Source of the DNA: Chiloscyllium plagiosum
Taxonomy: Eukaryota
Assembly: GCF_004010195.1 (NCBI RefSeq)
Contig: NC_057719.1
Span: forward strand, 38,936,887 to 38,968,232
DNA length: 31,346 nucleotides
Direction of reading: 5' to 3'
In this document: positions 11,515 through 22,849 of the stretch, piece by piece
How the letters are laid out: every line of letters starts with the position of its first letter
Position numbering within the stretch: the stretch's first letter is position 1
The notes under the pieces: model-generated
What the model saw: only the letters and a program-made list of their open reading frames with translations
Told to the model about the DNA's origin: nothing
Database searches by the model: none
Program-made: the position numbers and the translations under genes

Positions 11515-12135
11515 AATACAAATATTCAAATTGGGAGCTGTAGTAGGTCACTTGGCTCCTCACGCTTGCACTGCTTATTGTTAAGATTATGATTAATTCG
11601 ATTTACTCCACATTCTCATCTACCCATGGTAATCTTTCATCCACTTGCTTATCCAGAATCTATCTACCGAGGCCTTAGTGATATTCAAGGACTGTGCTTC
11701 CATTGGCTTTTGCAGAAGAATAGACCAAAGTTTCAAGAACGTGTGAGAAAAATATTCTCCTTATCTCTGTTCTAAATGGGCGACCCCTTATTTTTAAAGT
11801 GACTGTTAGTTGTACAAGCTCTCACATGCACCCTGCCAAGACATCTCAAGAACAAGCAATCTCTTACTCTTCTAACCACCTGTAGATACAAGCCTAGGCT
11901 GTCCAAGCTTTCATCACAAGACATTCCAGGTTTTAGTCGAGTAAATCTATTCTTAACTGTTTCTAATGATTCCTTAAATTAGGAGATCAAACTGCTTGCA
12001 GTCCTCCAAATATGATCTCATCAATATTCTGTTTAGCGGAAGCATGACCTCTCTACTTGTGCAATCAATTCTCTTCACAATAAACAATATCATTCTATTA
12101 GCTTTTCCAATTAATTGCTGTTCCTACATATTCTC
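11515..12135 (-). mobile_element. Old CR1 LINE 3' end
   Basis: Reverse-oriented CR1 3' UTR/C-terminal motifs (AATCTATCTACC..GCCTT..ATATTCAAGGACT, AAATGGGCGACCCCTTATT, GGAGATCAAACTGC). Confidence 0.7.
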
Positions 12136-12139
12136 TTTG

Positions 12140-12770
12140 AAGGACAGCCAGAAGGAAACAGAAAACTAGTATTTTACATACTGGAAGCATTACCTAATAT
12201 GGAAACTCATTATTGTTGAAAAGGAAGCTGTTGAAAATGATGTGTGGTCATGTGAGAGATTTTCAGATTATGTATGGGTTTCAAGAGTCTTACCAAGACT
12301 GATCAGAAACTGCTGATCTCTGTGTTAGGTTAAAAAAAATGACAAGAATGCATCTACTATTCCTTTGCTTCATATATTTCATCCAAGACCAAAACTTGTA
12401 AGGGAAGTTATGGATATCAGTATATGCCTCCCTAATGCTGTTATCAATACCAACTGATAAAGAACTTTTGGACAAACTCAGTTCATACTTTCAAGTAACA
12501 GAAATGTTGTGAACAACAATCTAAAGAAAGTTTAGCTTAAACAGAGAAGAACAGCAAACGTGTCACAATACATCAATATTGTATGGAATTCTGGCCAGAA
12601 AAGGAACCTACAAACATAAAAAAACAAGTCACTATTGTTGATGGCATATTTCTTTTTGATGACAGCCTAATTTGCCAATGGGAAATTCATGATGTTTTTA
12701 AGGTTGCAACACATCGCCGGTTCACCAAAAAATCCTCAATCTAAAGGTAAGTAGAAAAGCTGTAGTTAAA
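12140..12770 (+). pseudogene. Gypsy pol remnant (RNase H and integrase fragments)
   Basis: EKEA....WSCERFSDYV (~12218-12275), TDQKLLISVLG (~12298-12330) and SPKNPQSKG (~12722-12750; cf. SPxYPQSNG). Confidence 0.7.
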
Positions 12771-12879
12771 CAATGGGTTACCTTCAAAGACATGATGGTT
12801 TGGGCACAGTCAAGGTGTGTTATTTACAAACGTGTAAGTAGGACAAACAAATCCAGAACTTCCACAATGGCAAAGAGTA

Positions 12880-13400
12880 TGGAGATTAAGAGAAGGCCTG
12901 CATAGTTGTTAAGAAAATTTAAGGGAATGTAAGTACAAGGATATTGAAGAACATGAGAACGATAAATGTGTAATTTTCCTTAGACTCAGGGGTGGTGGCA
13001 AAGAATGGGAGAATTGCAAACATTACACCCTTGTTCAATAAAGTCTAAGGATAAGCTAAGCAATTACAGATCAATCGGTTTAACTTCAGTGGTGAGGAAG
13101 CTTCTGGAAACGATAATTTGTGACAGAATTAACTGTCACATGACAAGTGTGGGTTCATTAAAAAGGGCTTGCATGCATTCCTTAAAGGAAAGTTATATTT
13201 AACTATTTTTTTATGAGATAACAGAACTAATTAATTTGATAGTGCTGTTAATGTGATGTACATGGACTTCCAAAAGGCTTTTGATGCAATGGGGACACAA
13301 CAGACTTGTGGGCAAAGTTAGAGCTCGTGGGTTAAAGGGAACAGTAGTAACATGAATACAAAATTGGCTGAGTAATAGGGGAGAGTAATGGTTAATGGAC
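12880..13400 (+). mobile_element. CR1 LINE RT fragment
   Basis: NYRSIGLTSVVRKLLETII, YMDFQKAFD and IQNWLSNR motifs. A further CR1 3' piece lies at ~13850-13930. Confidence 0.85.
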
Positions 13401-14027
13401 ATTGTTATGATCCTATCAGATGATAATAGTCAGATCTTAGAGTGAAACCTGGCTTAATATATTGTAAATGTTATTATTGGAAATAGGTCACCATAGTGGT
13501 CAGTCACTGAACATAGTCACATGAGGCTATCAATTACTTTTAACAAAAGAACATACATTTATTACACAAAATGAAAGAAAACAACAAAGCTATATAGGTA
13601 TACAGACACTGTTCCAGTGAAGTACCATGCAAATCTTAACTTCAAATTTTTTACTTAACTGATGAGGTCGCAAGTGTTTACTTCCAATGATTTTCTGCAC
13701 ATTCACCAGATGTGATTTTCTTTATTGTTTTTCCTACCCAAGACACACTGCCAAGCTAACTCACTGATGTTTCCTCACTGAATCCTAAGATAAAAATACA
13801 GGCATTCATTTTTCAGCCCTGTCCGCGTGAACTGCTAAAACAGCTAGAAGGGAAAGATCCAATTGATGTATTCAAGAGGACATTAGATAATTATTTGAAT
13901 GGAAACAATGTGCAGGTTATGGAAAAATGGTACTGTCCAAGTAACATAACAACCTGCCTTGCAGGGTATACTTTTCAGAGCTGTAGAAAATTTGCATAAA
14001 GTACATGACAATGTTTCCTCAGTGATA

Positions 14028-14028
14028 A

Positions 14029-14067
<39 letters not shown>

Positions 14068-14079
14068 CAGAGAGAGAGA
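14028..14079. repeat. Compound (TG)n(AG)n microsatellite
   Basis: Seen directly. Confidence 0.95.
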
Positions 14080-14557
14080 CTGATCTTCTCTTAGACTCCT
14101 GGGTGATTCCTGAAGTACTCTCAGAAGATGGAAAACATGAATTCAAACAGGCAAGGGGAAAGTGTTAAACGTTACTACTGTGCAGATGATCATACTGCAT
14201 AAATCGAACATTAATTCAACATGAATGAGTGTTTTGTGTGTGCATGTTAATTAATTTGATCACCAGTTAAGTGGGACATCTACATTTCTCCATTTTCCAT
14301 GTTCAGGTGGTCTAACGGTCTGCTGATTTCTTATGCCACCTTCTCCACATTAGTCAGGGTGACAATTATTAGAGGGCAACTGCTAGTTCTGTAGAATTCT
14401 GCATGCTCTTGTATAAGTAACAAAAGCAGTATGTTATAAGTGAGAAGTAAGTTTGCAAGGATTGAACCGCAAATTGGAGGAAAGCAACAGTGATGGATGT
14501 CAGCTGTTCATTTGGAGACATAAGGAGGTGTCTTAAGAAAGAGGAATAAATAGAGCT

Positions 14558-14747
14558 CAAAGTTTGTGCGAAGATTTGTAGCTCGGGTGCTCGTTGTTGT
14601 GGTTCTGTTCGCCGAGCTGGAAGTTTTTGTTGCAAACGTTTCGTCCTCTGGCTAGGCGACATCATCAGTGCTTGGGAGCCTCCTGCGAAGCGCTTCGGAC
14701 GAAATGTTTGCAACAAAAACTTCCAGCTCGGCGAACAGAACCACAAC
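14558..14747. mobile_element. Fold-back PLE mini-element (second family) with 12-bp TSD
   Basis: 51-bp arms 14596-14646 / 14697-14747 (1 mismatch), 38-bp one-sided extension; ATAAATAGAGCT at 14546-14557 and 14748-14759. Confidence 0.88.
14631..14671 (-). ncRNA. Minimal type I hammerhead ribozyme motif (second family)
   Basis: Minus strand reads GCA-CUGAUGA-U-GUC-(12 nt)-GAC-GAAAC-GUU-UGC: stem I GCA/UGC, stem II GUC/GAC, palindromic stem III. Confidence 0.7.
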
Positions 14748-14823
14748 ATAAATAGAGCTGCAAACTGCATTGGTCAGGTGACTGTGAAAATGTCTCAGTC
14801 TGGAGTTTGGCACATATATATGG

Positions 14824-15043
14824 GAAAGTGAAGACTGCAGATGCTGGAGATTAGAGTCAAGATTAGAGTGGTGCTGGAAATGCACAACAGGTCGGGCAGC
14901 ATCCAAGGAGCAGGAAAATTGACATTTCGGACAGGAGCCCTTCATCTGCTTCCTGATAAAGGGCTCCCATCTGAAAAGTCGATTTTCCTGCTCCTTGGAT
15001 GCTGCCTGACCTGCTGTGCATTTCCAGCACCACTCTAATCTAG
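14824..15043. mobile_element. Fold-back PLE mini-element with 12-bp TSD
   Basis: ~87-bp arms 14860-14946 / 14955-15041; ACATATATATGG at 14812-14823 and 15044-15055. Each arm carries a mutated HHR core. Confidence 0.88.
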
Positions 15044-15069
15044 ACATATATATGGTCTGCTACTCTGCT

Positions 15070-15571
15070 TTCTTACCCTAATAACATTATTGAAATTTTT
15101 TGATACTATATACATGAACAAGAGGAACACTTCTATGCTAATGTGCTGAATCACCTCCAGCTATCCTGCCTCCGTTACAGGCTGACGTTTGCCACCAAAA
15201 CACAGTGAAGAGTGTTTTTCTGCAGGACATAACAGTCCACATCCTGACACACAAGGTACCACAGAGAAATAAGAGACAGTCTTCTCATGTTGAGCCCATA
15301 TCATTACATTTACCTCTCACCCCTGGTTGTTCTGGAATAGATCTATTCTGATTCCTATCAGGGTCCCTCTAAATTTGGAGCTTTTGCTGTCAGGTGTGAA
15401 TCAATATCACAGTTGCAATTTTCAATTTGTTGGGAAACCTGGAAGCAGGAAGCTGATGTCATGATTGAGGTAAAGATCCATGACAAAGTAAAATCAAGCA
15501 ACTTTTAGGATCTAAACCCACTGCATTCCCCTCACATCAGCATGAATGATTCTGAATGGTAAAATTCTGCC
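15070..15571 (-). mobile_element. Harbinger terminus with Myb/SANT-like exon remnant
   Basis: Minus strand starts GGCAGAATTTTACC; later GGKRQPVTEAG*LEVIQHISI...KNFNNVII followed by a GTAAG donor resembles the Harbinger Myb-like W-xx-V..(W)xQCxKxFNDL pattern. Confidence 0.5.
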
Positions 15572-15893
15572 ATTAAACTTATTTTCAACTTTTCACAAAT
15601 GTTACCTAATCTAATTATTTTCACATTTTAATTTAATAATAAATGTTGTCTTGCTTATGTTGCTCACATGCTGAGACAAATAAATTGTGTCTGACATTAT
15701 CTCTTAAGTAATGCCACTAAATAAAGATCAATGGTAATTCAGCTCATTGATCTTTGTGCCATCTTGCTAACAGGAAAATAGCCACTGCAGTCAGTGTATG
15801 TGCGTTGTATGTAAAATCTGTCTGGGAGTCAACTGGAAGCACCAAACAACTACATTTCCTGACCGTTTATAAATAAACTTACCTAATCGGCAA

Positions 15894-16975
15894 ATAGAGT
15901 CATAGAGTCATAGATACGTACAGCATGGAAACAGACCCTTCAGTCCAACCCGACCAGATATCCCAACCCAATCTAGTCCTACCTGCTAGCAATTGCCCGA
16001 ATCCCTCCAAATCCTTCCCATTCATATATCTATCCAAAATGCCTCTTAAATGTTGCAATTGTACCAGCCTCCACCACTTCCTCTGGCAGCTCATCCATAC
16101 ATGTACCACCATCTGTGTGAAAATGTTGCCCCTTAAGTCTCTTTTATATCTTTCTCCTCTCATCCTAAACCTATGCTATCTAGTTCTGGACACCCCGACC
16201 CCAGGAAAAGACTTTGGCTATTTACCCCATCCATGCTCCTCATGATTTTGTAAACCTCTATAAGGTCACCCCTCAGCCTCCAACACTCCAGGGAAAACAG
16301 CCCCAGCCTGTTCAGCCTCTCCCTACAGCTCAAATTGTCCAACTCTGGCAACATCCTTGTAAATCTTTTCTGAACCTTTTCAAGTTTCACAACATCTTTC
16401 CGATAGGAAGGAGACCAGAATTGCATGCAATATTCCAACAGTGGCCTAACCAATGTCCTGTACAGCCGCAACATGACTTCCCAACTCCTGTACTCAATAC
16501 TCTGACCAATAAAAGAAAGCATACCAAACACTTTCTTCACTATCCTATCTACCTGCAACTCCACTTTCAAGGAGCTATGAACCTGCACTCCAAGGTCTCT
16601 TTGTTCAGTAACACTCCCTAGGACCTACCATTAAGTGTATAAGTCCTGCCAAGATTTGCTTTCCCAAAAAAGCAGCACCTTGCATTTATCTGAATTAAAC
16701 TCCATCTGCCACTTCTCAGCCCATTGGCCCATCTGGTCCAGACCCTGTTGTAATCTAAGGTAACCCTCTTCACTGTCCACTACACCTCCAATTTTGGTGT
16801 CATCTGCAAACTTTCTAACTATACCTCTTATGCTCACATCCAAATCATTTATATAAATGATGAAAAGTAGTGGACCCAGCACTGATCCTTGTAGCACTCC
16901 ACTGGTCACAGGTCTCCAGTCTTAAAAATAGCCCTCCACCACCACCCTCTTTCTTCTACCTTTGAGCCAATTCTG
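15894..16975 (-). mobile_element. CR1/HER1-like LINE, 5'-truncated with intact 3' end
   Basis: ORFs 16631-16909 (QGSVLGPLLFIIYINDL, KFADDTK), 16160-16588 and 15900-16163; (CTATGACT)n tail. Confidence 0.95.
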
Positions 16976-17289
16976 TACACAAATGGATGGACACACACAC
17001 ACACATATTTCAGTGTTGAAACTTGAACTCAGACTCTCATTGACTCTCCACCCCCAATAAAACCTGCATCTAGTCCCCATGATCTTCCCAGTCCTGTGTT
17101 GGGAGGAGTGTGTTTGTGTGTGTGTGTTGGGGGGTGGATGGGTGAGCAGAGAGGGGAAAATGTGGGCGTTGAGGATCAAGCATGTGATCTACATTTTAAA
17201 TTCCCAAACTCCGCTGATATATTTGAGAAAGGGAAAGGAAATAAAAGATTGAAAGTTAAGTTAGAAATGGCTGCATGTAGAGCAGGGCA

Positions 17290-17535
17290 GGGAGAGACAG
17301 ATAAAGACAGAGAGACACACGGACAGAGAGAGACAGCGACAGACACAGATAGAGAGAGACAGACACAGGGACAGAGAGACAGACAGACAGACAGACAAGG
17401 AAAGAGACAGAGAGACACAGGGACAGAGAGAGAGAGACAGACATACAGGGATAAAGACAGAGAGAGACAGGGACAGAGAAAGAGGCACACACATGACAGA
17501 GACAGACAGACAGACAAGCAGATAGATAGAGACAG
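17290..17535. repeat. Degenerate (AG)n/(AGAC)n simple repeat
   Basis: Seen directly; it accounts for the low-complexity ORFs 17096-17695 and 17176-17565. Confidence 0.95.
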
Positions 17536-17920
17536 AATGTTAGAGTCTGGGAACCACACATACAACAGGAAAATCCTGAGGGATCTTCAGCAAATATCCC
17601 CCTCTCTTCCCAGCCCTGTGTGTGTCAGGGGGTCTACAGTCAGGCTCTTAGACACTAGTGTGGGCCCAATGTTTAATATTTTCAGACTGCACTGACACAA
17701 CTAACAAGACTTCAAAACAAAAGAGTTGCAAATTTATCTAAATCCTTTTATTTATTTTTCAAAATTGGCAGCAACAAGAATATCTTTCCCCATGTAACCA
17801 GTATATTAAACATAACTAGAATGACTATACTGTGAAGTTCTTTCCATCTCAGGAGGAATGTTGCAATAAAATTACACACATTTCGAACATTGAAGACTCT
17901 CCCATTACCTTACCTCATTT

Positions 17921-18240
17921 AATATCACTCCATGGAACCAAAGAACAGTCATAATAGACTTGAAATGTTAACTCTGTCTCCCTACACACAGATGCTGCCA
18001 GACCTGTTGAGGATTTTCTTTCCAGCACTTACTGCATTTATTTCAGAATTCTAGCAACTATAATATTTTGTCTTTATCCTAGTCAACCTAGTCTGCTTTC
18101 CCATTGCTGTTACAACTTTTTCAAAAGTTCCACCTGCAAATTATCTAATCCTGGTACAAGTTGAGCCTCATCATCTTGATTTTGTATCCTTTCTAGGTAC
18201 GAAATTAGCTTTATGTATTTTATGACCCTGTCCACTTGTA
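17921..18240 (+). repeat. 320-bp direct duplicate of 19549-19868
   Basis: Base-by-base comparison shows only two A/G differences. Confidence 0.95.
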
Positions 18241-19299
18241 TGATTTCCAGTGGTAATACAAATAAGATCTCTCCTTGCACATATCCTGCAACCTAATTAT
18301 ACTTATGTTAGTAATTCACATTCATTATGCTTTATTTTCTGGTGTGTGTTGCCTTAGAAAATAATATTCCTATACCCTTGGCTTTCCATTTTTTATTGAA
18401 GATTTGTGACCATAAGGTTTTAATGATCATTTCATTCAAACATAGGTTTAAAATGCTTAATTCTAAATATTTGTCAGTACAAAGAGTTCATTAATTTCCA
18501 AGAGAAAGTTCAGCATTTTAACAATCAGATTAAAAATAATATGATATAGTATATTTTGCATTTCCTTCATTTCATAAGCTCCTTCACTGATATTTTCTCA
18601 ATGCAGAATTAAATTTATCCACCCATGAAACTATCTGATATCACAGTAATGCTTTTTGTACTTATTCATGCACTGCTGCCTTTACAGTAAAGATCAGGGT
18701 GCTGCTGAATGAAATATTTTTTTCCTTTTGAAGCTGATGATAGTGCTAAGTACAAGCTAGTTTAACTCATTCCACCCTATCAAAAGCCAGTTACACTGAC
18801 AGAACAGTATTTCAGAGAATTAGTGAAAGTTACAGCACTGGAACTATTTGTTTGACAATAAATATATAGTTATGTTTTTTTTCTCCCCTCATCCTATAAA
18901 ATTCCTTTATTTCTTTTCCTTTCAGGGTACTATATTGTGTCTCTGAGCCAGACACTCAATCCAAGACTTACTAGCTATAAATGATTTGTTTGTAAGATGG
19001 CCACAAACTGTGAATTATTCCAATGTTCTTAGGCCAGGTGGTAAGGTGTAAGGGTCTTGGTCAGTTATGATTGATATGGGGTGGTGCACCCGAATCTGTA
19101 GCCACTGGCAGCAGGTTAGCAACCTGATCCAGGAAAAATTAGTCATGGAAACAGACAAAAACACAAACTTTGGCTGCTTTATGTGTTATCGATAGATATT
19201 GGAAAACTTAAAATCCAAGACTAATTCTTTTGAAATTTATTTGTGGAGTATTTTATATTTTAGTCATCTCTGAACAAAGAATGATTTTCTATACTGGTC

Positions 19300-19930
19300 A
19301 CTCGTTCCTGTTTATCATTATTGGAAATTGCAGGTCTTTTGTTGACATCTCACAGACTGGTAGAAACATTTTCCTCTATCATAGATTATTGATGTCTCTT
19401 TTAGAGCATTCTTCAACTTTCTTATTATAGTGAAGAAAGGTCTAACTTCTCAAATCTTTCTTCATAATTGTAACCGCTCTTCATTTCTAACATTCTAATC
19501 AATCTAATAAATCTGGGGAAAGAGAAACAGTGTTCATACCTTGAGTCGAATATCACTCCATGGAACCAAAGAACAGTCATAATGGACTTGAAATGTTAAC
19601 TCTGTCTCCCTACACACAGATGCTGCCAGACCTGTTGAGGATTTTCTTTCCAGCACTTACTGCATTTATTTCAGAATTCTAGCAACTATAATATTTTGTC
19701 TTTATCCTAGTCAACCTAGTCTGCTTTCCCATTGCTGTTACAACTTTTTCAAAAGTTCCACCTGCAAATTATCTAATCCTGGTACAAGTTGAGCCTCATC
19801 ATCTTGATTTTGTATCCTTTCTAGGTACGAAATTAGCTTTATGTATTTTATGGCCCTGTCCACTTGTACTGACACAATTAAAATGTTCTTGCAGTACTTA
19901 ATTGTTCAGTGCTTGACAATGTGGTCCACG
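19300..19930 (-). mobile_element. Very old CR1 fragment containing a fold-back mini-element (19507-19706)
   Basis: QVDRAIK and LERIQ..LVPGLDNL peptides on the - strand. The insert is flanked by CTAATCAATCTA (19495-19506) / CTAGTCAACCTA (19707-19718). Confidence 0.55.
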
Positions 19931-20103
19931 GACTCTTTTCTGTGTGCTATTAGTCAGGCCTAGAGGTAGTTACAGAGTAACAGAAACATAGATTTTTGAA
20001 GGGGAAGTCATGCTTGATAAATCTGCTGGAATGTTTTGAGTGACTCTAGTAGAGCAGACATGGGGGAGTCAGTGGATATTATCTACCTGGATTTTCTGAG
20101 GGC

Positions 20104-21520
20104 TTTTCTTTTGCAAAAATGTACTTTATTCATAAAAATTCTTTATGTACATACACAGTTACTAAAGCAGTTCAGATATGTGCAGTCTTTGCAGATGAAG
20201 ACAAAAGCCAAACATTGGGGTTTGATTTTCTCCATAGTCACAACAAAACCAAAGAATGAAGCAAGGTAATATTTACATATATCTGAGGCACTGAGACAGT
20301 CCGATAACTGAATTGACCCCATTATACTTTGGCAGAAAGATCTTAGATGCTGGCCTTAGCAGCAGCTACCCCAAGCTTTGGTGCATCCCTCAGCATGTGG
20401 TGCTGGACCTTGGAATGTCCCAATTTGCAACACGCAGTTAAGATCAACTCTTTGCCCTGGAAGACCAACAAGATTTGGGCAGACCAAAGAGCATCTTTCA
20501 CTGAGTTGATAGTCCTCCAGGCATGTTCAATGTTTGTATCTTGGGGAACAGATTTAGAGCACAGAGTCATGTATCATGGAGCTGTCGAGATGAGCCTTGA
20601 CAGAAACCACTACATCTCTCTCCAGACTTCCTTTGCAAAGGAATATTTCATCAAGAGACATGTGACAGTTTCATTCCCTGATAGCTGCTTCAATGGCTGC
20701 ATGTGGTGGAGCAGAGTCCTGGCATGCATAGGTAGTGCCCTTCTCACCACCAGCCAAGCGATGTCTTGGTGTTTGTTGGAAAGTTATGGTGATGAAGCAT
20801 TCTGAAAAATGACTTTGGCAGTTTGTTCAGGGAACCACACAACAGTATCAACCCTCTTCTTTTCCCACAGGGTCTCAGGGATGCTATGTGCTGGCCACTG
20901 GCTGATGGACTTGGGGTCAAAGGTGTTTTCTTTCACAAACTTTTCATTAAGGGACAGTTGATACAGAACAATCCAGCTACTTGAAGCATTCTGCAGCAGT
21001 GAGGCCAGTCCAATCCTTCACAACACCAGGGACAGGGAGAACCTCAGTACATAGTAACATTTGGTATCTGCAATCCAAGGATCTATGCACAGCTTGATGA
21101 GGCCACACATGAAGGTGGCCATCAGGATGAGAATGGTATTGCGTACATTCTTCCCCCATTATGTTTGGCTTTGTACATTGTGTCCTTTTGTACCCTGTCC
21201 ATCTTTGAACTCCAGATGAAATGGAAGATAGCTTGAGTGATTGCAGCAGCACGCCCCAGCCCCTCCAAATCAAATACCCAGCCCCTTCAGATATTCTTTC
21301 CTGGCAATGAAGGGTATAAAGAATTGGTCAGCCCAGTTACCAAAGAACATGGCCTTGCTCTTGCCTCGATTTACCTTGGCTCCCAAGGCTTTTTGGACTG
21401 ATCATGGACATTCATGATTCTGTGTACTGACAGTGGATCAGAGCAGAAAACAGCAATGTTGTCCATGTACAGGGAGGCCTTGACCTGTAGCCATCTACTA
21501 CCTGGAGTAGTCACCCCTCT
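20104..21520 (-). mobile_element. Tx1-type L1-clade LINE, 3' half, decayed
   Basis: ASLYMDNIAVFC (YxDD motif, ~21443-21478); C-terminal WRTINSVKDALWSA..LLVFQ..LRDA; AATAAA and an A-rich end at ~20104-20130. Confidence 0.8.
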
Positions 21521-21924
21521 ACACTAGTCTAAAACAAAACCTGCCCAATCTTGTCAGATTTTCAGAAGGATTTTGATAAAGTCCCATGAAAGAGATTAGA
21601 AAGCAAACTTTAAAATGTTTGCAACTTCCTCTACTCTTACAACAGTCCTCAAGCTTACGATGATCTGATTTTGATTTTGGTAGTGATCTGTGTTTCAGTG
21701 TAGGACAAAAGCATCATCTTAGAAAGGTTCACATTTTACAGGGGTTTATTGTGGGTAAATCTATTCAAAAACCTTAGCTTCAAACTGAAGAGCTTATGAA
21801 AGCAGATATTAGTTTGATCAATGACTGTGACTATATCCAGTGGGGGATATTCCTCTTTATTTACCAGAATTGAGGAGATTAAGGGGTAATGTCAATTCTG
21901 TGAGTTCAACAAGATTTCAGATGG

Positions 21925-22180
21925 TTGTCATTTGCAAACTGTGTTGGAGTGTCACAGGAGCTGGAATGTCTTGAAGCAAACAATGTAATTGAACAAATTG
22001 ATTTATCACCATGGGTATCATTGCACAACGTGATAATGGTGAACTTAGACTATGCATCGACCATAGGGTGGCCAACAAAGCAATCATTCAATCCTCATAG
22101 TTTCACAGTATCAGTATTAGTCACAGCCAAATCATTTTGACTTACAATGCTGTTTCACTTTGGTTCTCCATCAGCCTGGA
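21925..22180 (+). pseudogene. Gypsy reverse transcriptase N-terminal remnant
   Basis: VSQELECLEANNVIEQIDLSPWVS, then after a frameshift DNGELRLCIDHRVANKAII. Confidence 0.8.
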
Positions 22181-22849
22181 GTGCTGCCGCATTTTGCTTT
22201 GACAACTACGTCTTAGGGTCAGCAGGGAAGTTTAGTTCAGACAGTGTCAGTTGTTGTTAACTCTTTGTTGTCAATCTGAGACTTCAGTGTTTTTTTTAAT
22301 CTCAGAAATCGAGCTTCTAACTCTTTGGCCATATTGGGTCAAACCATTGTACTTCATAGCCGATAAAAAGACTGTCCTTTATTTTTCCAAGCCATTATAT
22401 TTTGGTGCTGCACCCTTCTGGCCAATAATGTTAAGTGAATTTGAGGAAATATCCAGAAGCAGCACAGGTTTCTTCATGAATCAGTCTCAAGATATCAACA
22501 TGAGGCAGTTTGAACATCATTCCCAAAGTAACAGAACTACTAAGCTTAGTTTAAAGTCATACTTCAATTGAACAGGTTAACAATTGCCATCAATGTCCTA
22601 TATCAGTGCACTTCTATTTAGTGAATTCTGTGGAGAGAAATTCATAAGGTTAGCCATCCTTTTGGCTCCTTTGAGTCAAAAATGGAGGCACTTCAACCTT
22701 GAATATAAAACTCTTGTTCATCTTTTATGACCTGTTCTGTTCACCATCATTTCTCTTAACTCTCCAACTTTTCTTTGGGATTAAAGGCAAAGGTTTGCTG
22801 CCCCCAGTTTGTTCATGAGATAGTTTGTAACCATTGAACACAATAGTAG

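Noticed and set aside
13402..13850. LTR-like insert (starts TGTTATGA) between CR1 pieces
   Set aside because: Could not define a 3' end or TSD, so left unassigned.
17096..17695. 199-aa charged ORF and antisense S/L/C/V-rich ORFs
   Set aside because: Translations of an (AG)/(AGAC) simple repeat.
17905..18295. Possible 59-nt minus-strand exon split by the 320-bp duplication (GTAAG donor near 17913)
   Set aside because: Poor acceptor, unrecognised peptide and no partner exons.
18880..19046. Strong polypyrimidine acceptor and GTAAG donor on the + strand
   Set aside because: Stops in all three frames; no further support.
17921..19868. The 320-bp direct repeats as LTRs of a small retrotransposon
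   Set aside because: No TG..CA ends, PBS, PPT or TSD, and the unit straddles two older repeats.
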